Shown one piece after another: positions 1 through 11,259 of a stretch of DNA of 64,000 nt. The first letter of the stretch is position 1, and each line of letters opens with the position of its first letter. The position numbers were made by a program, and so were the translations under genes. This DNA comes from Octopus sinensis. Lineage: Eukaryota. The stretch is taken from NCBI RefSeq assembly GCF_006345805.1, contig NC_043003.1, forward strand, positions 23,932,001 to 23,996,000. Reading direction: 5' to 3'. The notes beneath the pieces were generated by a model. The model searched no databases and had not been told where the DNA came from. It saw only the letters and a program-made list of their open reading frames with translations.

Positions 1-1142
1 AATCTACACAAAATCTTTCAGACAAGAATGAATACGCTGACTTGGCAGGAAACCTGTGGTTTATTGATTGCCTAAACTCTATGTATAAACTTTACACAAT
101 CTGACACAATCAATACTTCCGAGACCGTTACGAATCCCAAAAGGTATGTTCGTTATGAATACGTAAATGATGTTGGGAGCGAAGGGTATGTTCTAAACTC
201 AAATAAATAAATAAAACTCCGCTTTATGAAATTAAAGGGAAATCACCACTGAATCTTGTGTCGGTATGTCTTGATTATAGAAAGACGTTTACATCTATTC
301 TAGAACCATGTTTGTTGGAAACAATGCAGTTGGCAAATGTAGCTGCTGTTCTAATTGCTGCCATTGAAAAGTTCACAAAGACTTAGTCAATAATCGCCAA
401 TGTTATAACTGAATGCAGAATGATCGTGTCCAACGTTATACAGTCGTTTAAAAGGAATATTCTCTGGAGACATTCCGCTTTTATTTTTGGCACCAAATTC
501 ACTGTCATTTCTTTGACAAAAGTTCAGTTGTTATCTGTTAAATCCTACAACTGCAAGAGACATTAATGTAACGCAATTTCTTTGCCGACAACATAAAGAT
601 CTATTTTCTATATGTTTACAATGCTGAGAAACGCCTGTATTTGTTAACGACATTTTCAGCGGATTTCGGCAAGGAATTTAATGAAAAGAAATCGTATTTG
701 GTTATTGAAAGTAGAAACACCCTTTACGGGACATAAACTACTTTTACATTCATAGTTTCTACTTCCTACATTCCAAATAATAGTGCAACAAATATTCAAG
801 TATTGATGAAAATGTATCATACAAATGTGCTATGAAAAAAGACAAAACATCGAATGTGTACTACAATATATCTGAAATGTTTATGCCAGAATTTCCTTTT
901 CACAGCAGGACAAAAATCTCGCCTTGGTTTTGAAATTCAAAAAGGAACAAATCTATATAATTTGTTGGTGAAATACTCTTAAAACACCACGCAATCAGTT
1001 TTGTCGCATAACTTTAATGAAAATATAATTCTTTCCCAATTTTCGTGCGATTTCAGCCAATCTGATCGTAGCGGCAAATCGATTATATCTACTGCAGTGT
1101 TTAGTTCGAACTTATTTTGGCGACCCTGTAAATATAAATGAG

Positions 1143-1247
1143 AAAGGCGAACTTGGCGAAATTTGAACTCAAAGCTTTAAGATCAAGAAGAAATAATTCT
1201 AAACAGTTTGTCCAATGCGCTGACCATTCTGCCAGCTTACCACCTTT
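1143..1247 (-). mobile_element. SINE family B (head aaggcggcgagctggcagaa...), 5' fragment
   Basis: Reverse complement resembles the copy at 14082-14299 (aaggtggtaagctggcagaatggtcagcg...gagttcaaatttcgccaagttcgccttt). Confidence 0.6.
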
Positions 1248-2188
1248 ATCGGCAGCCAGAGATAAATGTCAATAGCCACTTCCTTTCGACACGGCCATTC
1301 TATAGATACTAAGACAATAGTCTACGCTTTCATTAGGAAAATCCTTTAAGTACATACATGCGTTCATACATATGCAGGTAATACATTTCCACTAAAAGAA
1401 TATTGATCGAACTCACCAGTCAATTCTTTCCTTTGTGCATATTCAACATTTCTGGACAGCAACAGCATTTAACTGTCGTGCAAATATGAAGATTTCTTAC
1501 ACCGAAATATAGATAAAATATAATTGTGGCTAACTGCTTCTGAAGCTATAGATTCCTTACTGAGATCATATAGATTTACATATTATTTTACCTTGATTAT
1601 TAATAAAAGACGTCAGTGCTTTAATAGTAATCTCGAAACGCTGGAGTATGATCAGTTAACACGTGCATTTCGAAAGTTCAAATTGTAATCAGACTTGCGC
1701 TAATAAATCTCACCATGTAATGCTTTAATTTTGTCTGTTTATGAATTCAATGGAGCCTGTTACTTTGCTAATAGTTATTCCTTTCATTGGATTGAAACTT
1801 AAACAAAACCATAATATAGACATAACCACATGCTTTAACATATCTCTAGGTCTCACAAAACACTTGATGCTTTTGGGTTGTTATTAAACCCTACATGGAC
1901 TCGAGTTGAGAAGAACTATACTCAAGGGTTTATATACGTAACCACCCCATGCTTTTATTCATCTTATCAGATCAGTGACTAATTGTCAACATGTGAAACG
2001 ATAGACGATGTGCGTCAGAGAATATTTGGCCGCAATGCTTCCAAATAGACGAGTATCATTGAAGATGTTCTCAACGGCAGTAATCATATTTTCTCAAAGG
2101 TTCATAGAAAGAACAACTTTATTCACTGTTTATATGTTACTCTCTGATAATGACCTGCACATAATTCAAGATGAGTATCAACCACATG

Positions 2189-2244
<56 letters not shown>
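2189..2244 (+). repeat. (AAT)n microsatellite
   Basis: About 18 consecutive AAT units; explains the poly-N ORF 2008-2271. Confidence 0.95.
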
Positions 2245-2245
<1 letters not shown>

Positions 2246-2267
2246 TATTGACTTATACATACATCGC

Positions 2268-2370
2268 CTGATGTGTGTTTACGTCCCCGTAACTTAGCGG
2301 TTCGGCAAAAGAGCCCGATAGAATAAGTACTAGGCTTCCAAAGAATAAGTCCTGGGGTCGATTTGCTCGA
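2268..2370 (+). mobile_element. SINE family A internal fragment (left arm of an inverted duplication)
   Basis: gtgtgtttacgtccccgtaacttagcggttcggcaaaagag...ggggtcgatttgctcga also occurs at 23585, 57181 and 61665. Confidence 0.85.
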
Positions 2371-2665
2371 ATATCACCATGCACCTCAAAATCAATATAT
2401 CGTGGACAATGTATCTATGTTTCTGAGATAATTATAAGATTTCAGACCATGCACAAATTTCAAAGAGTAATTTTGTAAGCTACGACGTTTTTAAGACTGG
2501 AAAAGTGTGGCATGAAGGTAACCAAAACAATAAATAGTACCATCGAGAAACATTGTAGAGGACTCATAGCTAGTTTTCTCACAATATATCTTTCTATGTA
2601 ACTTTTCGCGACTCAAAGCACATTTGAGAAGACGTTATAATGCGGCGATGAGAACATTATATGTA

Positions 2666-2828
2666 TCTCTTTACTCTTTTAATTGTTTCAGTTATGTGAC
2701 TGTGGCCATGCTGGAGCACCGCCTTTAGTCGAGCAAATCGACCCCAGGACTTATTCTTTGGAAGCCTAGTACTTATTCTATCGGTCTCTTTTGCCGAACC
2801 GCTAAGTTACGGGGACGTAAACACACAT
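2666..2828 (-). mobile_element. SINE family A 3' half with complete tail
   Basis: Reverse complement ends ...ggcggtgctccagcatggccacagtcacataactgaaacaattaaaagagtaaagag, matching the tail of 57181-57601. Confidence 0.85.
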
Positions 2829-2878
2829 CAGGCGATGTATGTATAAGTCAATATATTATTATTATTATTATTATTATT

Positions 2879-3435
2879 GAGTGAGCGAGCAGAGCATGCC
2901 ATCAAAGTGACACTGGGGTAAAATATACGAAGCCCAGTATACCCATCATGACTACCCGTCTGATAAGGGTACACCAGACACATGCATCACAACCATATGT
3001 GCGCGACATGGTGATCTCATATCAAGATAAACAGCACATGACCTTGCAGGTGGAGCCCAGTTAGAATTTTCTTCAGATCGAGTAACCCATCCCGCTCAAA
3101 AGGTCCTTGAATAAGGGTTGTTTAAGGACGTTGAACGAAACACCCATGTTTCCAGAGGTGAATTATTCAAACCCCAAAGAATCCTTCTCAACACATGGCT
3201 ATGATGCTCCCCCACTACTTCTGCTCGTGATCAGAGATGCACATATCGCCAGACACTAAGGGACATGCTCAACTGGTTAAGGTCAAACAACTGACAAGCA
3301 AATCTGTGGTATTGAGTAGAATATTTGCTGTAGCCCATCTTTTATACCAAGACAAAAGAATGTACATGATAACACTTTCAATCAGTTAACATCAGAAGCC
3401 ATGAGAGCCACTGCCTGGTACTGCATCAGGGCATT
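2879..3435 (-). mobile_element. ~560-bp non-coding retroelement embedded in (TTA/TAA)n (Dong/R4-associated, inferred)
   Basis: Flanked by TTA repeats on both sides. Homologous pieces at 52221-52437 (opposite strand) and 33804-33835 (again followed by TTA repeats). Confidence 0.7.
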
Positions 3436-3807
3436 TATTATTATTATTATTGTTTCTGTTGTTATTGTTGTTGTTGTTGTTGTTGTTATTTTTACTACTA
3501 TATGAAAACTCACAGCTTATTTTACTGGGTAAGATGGAAAGTGTCAGCTATCCATAGCCAACAGGCTAAGGTGACACTTGTATCCTCGTCAAACTTCAAA
3601 AAACACTGCGAAGAATACTTGCATTTCCAAGCCATGCTGATTTTTGTAGGTGTTCTACCTTTACACGTGCACCGATATTTTTAACCCTCGTTGGTAGTTG
3701 AGTGCTGATACTTCCATGTGCACCAACAATTATTGGTATCTACTTTCTTCATTGGCCATGACCTGCGTATTTCCCTATTCAAATCGCCATAGTTGTTTAT
3801 TTTATCT

Positions 3808-3809
<2 letters not shown>

Positions 3810-3871
<62 letters not shown>

Positions 3872-3872
3872 C

Positions 3873-3917
<45 letters not shown>

Positions 3918-4028
3918 TGTTGTTGCTGTTGTTGTAGTAGTAGTAGTAGTAGTAGTAGTAGAAGTAGTAGTAGTAGTAGTAGTAGAAGTAGTAGTAGTTG
4001 TAGTAGTAGTAGTAGAAGTAGTAGTAGT

Positions 4029-4060
<32 letters not shown>

Positions 4061-4061
4061 C

Positions 4062-4114
<53 letters not shown>

Positions 4115-4132
4115 AAGTAGTGGTAGTAGTAG
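3810..4132 (+). repeat. Compound trinucleotide microsatellite (TTA)-(GTA)-(GTT)-(GCA)
   Basis: Direct reading; explains the poly-L/V/Y ORFs. Confidence 0.95.
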
Positions 4133-4390
4133 TTTTCTTTATAACAGGTTTTGTTGGAGGTTCTCAAATCTTCCATGCGTAGCGGGCTTGCTCCTTGCCG
4201 CCGACGGTACCAAGCTATCCGTTCTTTTCAGCTGTCTTGTACTTTCTTGATTATTCTGGCCGTACCAAGGCGGTAAACCTTTTATAACAGTTCTACTGAG
4301 TACGATATTCTAATTTCCATTATGTTCCTCTCCATGCCATCTGATACTGCCCCAAGGACCAAACAATATTTTGCACTATCTTCAACTTCT
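4133..4390 (-). mobile_element. R4/Dong-like RLE non-LTR retrotransposon 3' end with (CTA)n tail
   Basis: Minus-strand translation ...LGAVSDGMERNIMEIRISYSVELL*KVYRLGTARIIKKVQDS* matches the RLE-LINE C-terminal motif GA(L/V)G...LLGTARILRKVL. A short 3'UTR runs into (CTA)n. Confidence 0.7.
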
Positions 4391-4399
4391 TATAAGAGG

Positions 4400-4480
4400 G
4401 TTGGTTTGTAGAAATTAGCGTTCAAATCTAAGGAAGCATCTAAAAAATTCAGTCACCGGTTAATGTCAATAGAAATAACA
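4400..4480 (-). mobile_element. Penelope-like RT fragment
   Basis: Minus-strand LNFLDASLDLNANFYKP resembles the PLE RT motif VNFLDVTLDL..G.YKP. The match is short. Confidence 0.45.
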
Positions 4481-4979
4481 AATCCTATGGAGCTACAGGT
4501 TGATATCACCTGGTTTATTTTATTTTATTTTATTTTATTTATTATAATATTTTAACATACTTAATTAATCGAGTGCTGTACAACTTGTTGAAAATTCAAA
4601 CCACACGATATATGTGTGTATGTATGTGTGTATGCATGTATGCATGCGTGCACGCATGCATGAATGTATGTATAAATACATGTACATGCTTGTATTGTAT
4701 ATGCATGTATAGATATATAAATTATATAATATATATGTGTGTATGTATGAATGAATATGCATTATCACATATGCATATCAACATATGATACTCTCCCATA
4801 TATACATATACTTTCCCATATATATATACAGAGAGAGGAAGAGAGACAAACAACTCCATCATTTTGGTTGTACAATACTAAGAAATATCTATGCTATAAT
4901 GAAAGAATGTGCTGAAATTTCTTCTACTAATTATAAAACGCTCATATATTTATATATATATATATATCTTTATATATAT

Positions 4980-5029
<50 letters not shown>

Positions 5030-5091
5030 TATATATATATAACACATTATATATATATATATAATATATACATCTATATATATATAAATAT

Positions 5092-5136
<45 letters not shown>

Positions 5137-6247
5137 TGTATGTATGTATGTATATATATTATATATATATATATATATACTTACTTGGAAATGAATATAT
5201 ATTTATATATTTTATGTGTGTGTGTGTGTTTGCATATATATATATATATACATACCTACACTTTCATGAATGTATATAAACGTATACTTAGGTATGGCTG
5301 TCACTATGTACGTATGTCTATATACATACAATCATCCATACATGTATATATGCGTGCATGGATGTGTGTGAGGAAGACAGATTCGGAGAAACAGAGAGAG
5401 ATGAAAATGACAACGAATATCGTCACGTCTTTAAAATATTAATTTCTCAATGCTGTGTAATGTAATTTCGATGACACAAGGAAGCTTGTTGTCTGCGAGA
5501 AAGCTGAAGAAACATAAAAAGTAAAACAAAAAAAAGTATATTAGTACAATCTATACGAAGTACAACAACAGTTGTCAAGAAGATTCAGCAAGAACAACAA
5601 AAACAATAACAAGAGCAATGCTGAATATAATCAAACAACAGAAAGTACTGAAAAACCGAAAGAAATGAAAATTAAGCATTTATCAGATTTTTGTCTCTTA
5701 CGAAATTGGAATGCATTGAAACTGGCTGTGGTAAAATAAGATTAATCTTTGACAAACTTGTGTAATTACGTTTGTCGAAAATTATCCTCGTATATTTCGT
5801 TCGGCGAACACTTGAGATTCCGAAATTTGATACGTATAATGTTATAAATTTTATCGTTTGCTAGAAATAATGCAGACGAGAGGAAAATGAAAGAGCGGCA
5901 GATACGCAACTAGAGTCGCATAACTACTCATTTGAAATCACTTCGATACACGTACAAGTGCACAAGAATGAACACATATTTATACACAGAAACACACACA
6001 TATATATGTAGTTATATATATATCTACAAACATATAAATATACAGAGACGCGCACACTTACAGCCCCACCATACACACACACGCATACAAGCATAATATA
6101 TATATATATATATTATACATAGATATATATAAATTTTTCTATATATATTTACATATATATAAAGCTTTCTATATATATTTATAATTATAAGCAAATATAC
6201 TTATAAATGTTTTATATTTATATATTTTATATATGTGTCCATGTATA

Positions 6248-6297
<50 letters not shown>

Positions 6298-6323
6298 AAT
6301 TATATATGTATATATATATATAT

Positions 6324-6356
<33 letters not shown>

Positions 6357-7058
6357 GGGGGGTGCAATAATACAACGATACATACTTAAATAAGGTGATA
6401 CATATCTACAGAGGCCCTATATATATGAGGTGTATATGGTGTTGTGTGTGCAGGCTTGTGTGTCTATGTGTGAGAGAGAGAGTATGTGCGTGTGTGTGTT
6501 CAACATAGTTAAAAGATCGATTGACGCCTGAACGGAATCAATAAAACAAAGAAATTATCAACACTAGCAATTGTGGAACATCTGAGTTAAAAAAAAAAAC
6601 TGTTGAGCAAACAGGAAAAGCTAAAGTAAAACAATGATTGTTCAGATAATCATATATACTGCTTGCAACTGCAAATAAGTTTGCTGTTTTAGCTACTTAG
6701 CGAGTTTGTCGCGCTTGAGTCTGTGCACGTTTATGCGTATATCTGGTATATGCGTGCCTGTATGTACATATGTATGTATACATAGATGAACTGTGTGCGA
6801 TGGATAATTTGTCGTCATTTTATATTCTTAATTTCGCGTTTGCGCATTGTTTGTTTTTTTATATTTTGTCGGCTGCATAGTATAGTAGGGTCAGTTGGAC
6901 AGCGTCTGTGAGAAAAACAGCAACATGATGTAATTCAATCTGCCAAAAATTTGGAAACGACATGCTGTACTGTTTGGCATTAGTGCTGGAAGCTCCAATA
7001 CGAACATTTCAGAGTGCTTGTGTGTCAATCTGAGGACATGTACCGAGAGTGAATAATA

Positions 7059-7289
7059 CAGGTTTGGCCAAATGTCACCCGGCAGTAAATCAAAATTCCA
7101 TAAATACTATCCGTAATTCTCTAGTGACTCGCATAGAAAAAATTGTGCTGCTCAAGGACTTCAGTTTGAACTATTTTCATGATGTTTCATATTTAGATGC
7201 TTTTATTAAATCCATTCAGTTGTTAAACATAAATAAATCTTGGAATTAAATGCTTTTGATTTACTGTCAGGTGACTTTGGCCAACCCTG
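7059..7289. mobile_element. Tc1/mariner-type MITE (231 bp)
   Basis: TA flanks and imperfect TIRs (caggtttggccaaatgtcacccggcagtaaatcaaaa / reverse complement cagggttggccaaagtcacctgacagtaaatcaaaa). Same family as 49069-49288. Confidence 0.85.
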
Positions 7290-7865
7290 TATGTATATGT
7301 ATATATATATATATATATATTATATACAGATAGATAGATAGATAGATAGATAGATATGTTTCTTTATTAGCCACACAGGGAGGCTGCACACAGATAGAAC
7401 AAATTACAAGGTAGAGCTTTTCTTTTGAAGGTTAAAAAAAATAAAAAATAAAAAATAAAAAATAAAAAAATAAGAAAAAAATAAAATAAAATAAAATAAA
7501 ATAAAAAGGGGGGTCGATCAAAAGGGATCGTAAAAGGAGAGAAAGAGGACAAAAAAAAAGGGGGGTTAAAAAAAAGGGGAGAGGAAAAAAATTGATCAAT
7601 AGGGATCGTTATCACAGAAATGTGAATATGAAGTGTAAAGGGGGAGAACAGGTGAGGTTTACCCGTGGAAAGAAAAGCCTACGGAAAAGACCACGGTAAC
7701 CTCGGTCAATGAAGTCACATGTTATTTTCTTTTTTTTTTTTTTTTTTTTGCAAATAAGCAACTCTCTGTATTAATTTTTACGGTTCATAGAATCATAGTC
7801 AAGGTGGCTTCGTCATTCATACGTGCCATCCTTGCTACATTCACCCATCTTTTTTAAAACATTCA

Positions 7866-10800
7866 CTAGACAAAACTTGCCTCTCTACTCTCACTTTTTT
7901 CTTCAAGTGATACTTGAAGAAGTTGATGAGAGATTGACCAGAGAGGAAAGTGTTTGTCTCTAATCCTTTCAGACGCGTCCACCAGATACATTCTTTCGCC
8001 ATAGCCACAAGTATGATAAAAATAGCTCTTCCTTCCCGTTTGAAGGAAGAGGCGTGACGATATTAACGATAGACTCGGCTGATAAACCGACACGTCCCAC
8101 ACGTGACAGCAGTCGTTCGACATAAGCCACCAGGTGGGAAATTGCTGGACACTGCACGATTGCGTGCAGAGCGGTTTCGTCGCTCTGCCCGCATCTCGGG
8201 CAGGTCGGCCCCGTGTTTCTCGAGCCATGCCTATAGAGCTTATCCCGAACGGGTAGCGCTTCTCGGTAGCACCGCCAGGCCAGGATCTCTGGAAGTTGTC
8301 CATAGGTCCCGGGCCGAAAGTCGTTTGAAACAGGCGGGTCAGGTATTCCTCGTCGACGCCCAGGTTTGCCCCGAGCTCGTCGTCGTACCTCCCCTCCACT
8401 AATCCCCTATAGAATGCTTTGGTTGTGTTGAAGTCACTCAAGGTCGACCCGGGACGGCAGAGTTGCTTGAGAGCAACGCGACATTCGCGGTGCCATTCGC
8501 CCTTCTTCGGCCTCTTTTTGATCCACGACTGTAGTTCGGTCATGGAGACGAGTTGCGGGAATGCGTGCCTCACAAACGGCGACCACACCTGTTCACCGTC
8601 GTCTACATAGAGCCGAGATGTCGCAGTCTCAGCGCGTGTCTGCGCATCATCAACCACGGCATGCCCAGCCCTCCTTTTAACGGGTGTTGACAGCAAATGG
8701 ATCGCCTGACCATCGGGACGCATCCTTTCCACAAGAAGCGGAAGAGGATGCGTTCTAGTTTGGTGATGGTAGGTCGGGACAAGGTACGACGGTCAGGCGG
8801 TAGTAGATGATGGACGCGATGTACGCGTTCACCACCTCCGCCCGACCTTTTAGGGACAGTTTCCTCTCGCCCATTGCTGGGCGAGAGTGACCACCCTACT
8901 CGTTATCTCGTTCCAGTTCTTCTCCATTTGGAGGTCCGGACCGAACCAGACCCCGAGCAACTCAACCGGGCCGTCTGTCCAGCGTCCCACGACGGAGGTA
9001 CTGGTGGACGGCATGGGTTTGCTTCTCCAGGTGCCGAGCCGCAAGCCCACTGACTTTTCCCGGTTGATTTTTGCTCCTGTCACCGCTTCGTAGTCTTTCA
9101 GTGTCTCGCGCCGACCGCTCGATGTGCTCGTGGCTTGACACTATGACGGTGACGTCGTCCGCGTATGCAGACACGCTCGTCCCGCATCCTAATTCTCGCG
9201 GGATGCCCTCAGAGTCGCCAGCTTCCGCAGTAGTGGCTCAAGAGTCAATACGTATAGAAGCGCCGAGAGGGGGCATCCCTGACGGACCGAACGTGCAATG
9301 TCGAAGGGTCTCGATAGATGTCCATTTACGCGAATTACCGAACGGATGCCTCTGTACAAGGCAGCTATCCAAGCCGCGGAAGACGGGACCGAAACCAGCC
9401 GCTCTCAGGACTGCCTCCAAGTATCGATGGTCTACCCTATCAAAGGCTTTCGATTGATCCAAGTTGATCAGGGCCCCACCCATGCCAGGTTCGTTAACTA
9501 CCCTGTCTATGATGTAGCGCATCAGATGGAGGTTGTCATGGATGCTCCGGCCCGGCACGGCGCACGTTTGTGCGTTGTCGACCAGTTTCTCCATGACAAG
9601 CGCCAACCTTTGGCTAACACCTTTGTCAAAATTTTCAGGTCTGCATTGAGCAGAGTGATTGGCCTAAAGTTATCTATAATGTTTCCCTTGTTTGGATCTT
9701 TCTTCAGCAGAGTTACAGCTCCTCGACTCACAAAACCGGGTATGCTCCGTTTTGCTGCCAGTTGCAGTATACCGCTGCCAAGACGTCTCCAAACAAGTCT
9801 GGCATACAATAGTAAAATTCGTAGGGTAGACCATCCAAACCCGGTGATTTGTCCCTCGAGCATTCTGCCATCGCTTCCCGCACTTCCGCCGCCGTGATGG
9901 CACCTTCGCAGCACCCTGCCTTTCTTGTCGAGAGTCGTGGCAGGCTATGTAGGTAGGCACTGAAGTCTACCCTACGTTCTTGCCCTCCACTCGTCCGAAC
10001 AGTCGGCAAAATGCTGCTGAAAGGCCTCACACATTTTACTTGGCTCGAGCAATTCGCGCCCCTGTTCATCTACCAGTGACCGAATGGTGGCTTTGTTGCC
10101 CTGTTGCGCCTCTGCCACCCGGGCCTCTCTCGCGGCTCCAACACCTTCGTTCCTTAGAGCACGCATCCTAGCTCTGACAGCACATCCTTCGTGTTTGGCG
10201 TTGAAGTGTTGGTCGAGGGCCAACCTCGCCGCCAAAACGTCGGATGCGATGCCGCTTCTAATTGCCTCTTCTAGCTTCTTAACTAGCTCACCCTCTACTC
10301 TATTTCTATCTATGGCTAGTGCTTTGCTGTACCTAATCGCTTCTGCTTTTACTGCTCTCTTGAGGGCAAACCACCATTTGTTGTTGATGATGGCTCCCGT
10401 CAAAGCCCTCTTTACTAGTGTGCTAATCCGGTCTCTGAAAACTTGTCTGGACGGGAATGATGCGTTCAGTTTCCAGTACCCAGGACCCTGTCTATGTGCC
10501 TTATCTAAGTCTAGCGTACACGTCACCAATTTGTGATCCGTGTAGCTGACTGTGTGGAATTGTGGACATCCTAAGTTATCCTTGTCTACTGTCCTACACA
10601 GTATCCTATCTAGATACGATCTCGACGACCCACTGCGGTTGCTCCATGTCCACGTTGGTGCATTTGGGTGGTCGAGTCGGTACCTGTCAGACAGTTGGAA
10701 TCGTCCGAGCAGGTCTCTGAGGCATTTGCATCCCCTCTGTTTCTGTCTCTACCCACGTAGTCTACATGCGTGTCCAAGGTAGCATTCCAATCCCCACTAA

Positions 10801-11210
10801 GAGTAAAGGACGAGACGTTCCCAAGAATACTTCTAGACGTCGAAAGAATCCGCCCGACCTGTTAAGGGCGGTGCGTAGACTGATACGAGTCGAAAAGCGC
10901 ACCCATTGCTGCCGTCAACATCCAGAACGATCAGTCTACCCTCCGGGTCTACGAATATCGTCTTGACTTCGAGATCCAGGCTCTTGTGAAAAAGTACCGC
11001 GGTGCCACTACCGCCCATCCTCGGCAGACAGGGAGCGAAATAAATGTTAAACTGTCCGCCAAACATGGACTTTAGGGCCCGTGGCTCGTGGAGTCTGGTC
11101 TCACTTATGGCTATGATTCCCAAATCATGTGACTTGATGTCATTTAGGAGGTATCCTTGTTTCCAAGGAGACCCCAAGCCACGCGCATTCACACAACCAA
11201 TCTTGACCAT
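7866..11210 (-). pseudogene. Tx1 ORF2: AP endonuclease + reverse transcriptase + CCHC finger (frameshifted as given)
   Basis: MVKIGCVNARGL...IAISETRL; SYLDRIL; DHK; SPGLDGLPYEFY; NFRPITLLNADLKIL; NLDQSKAFDRVDH; SVRQGCPLS; AYADDVTV; CPRCGQSDETALHAIVQC (~8150-8215). Confidence 0.93.
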
Positions 11211-11259
11211 GATTCTATTGGGGTGTGTGCTTTAAAACACACAATGAAAGTACAGAGAG

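Noticed and set aside
860-1130. QQD-like peptide (~905) and a solo mariner-TIR-like end (ttattttggcgaccctgta, 1112-1130)
   Set aside because: No partner TIR and no further transposase motifs found; too weak to call.
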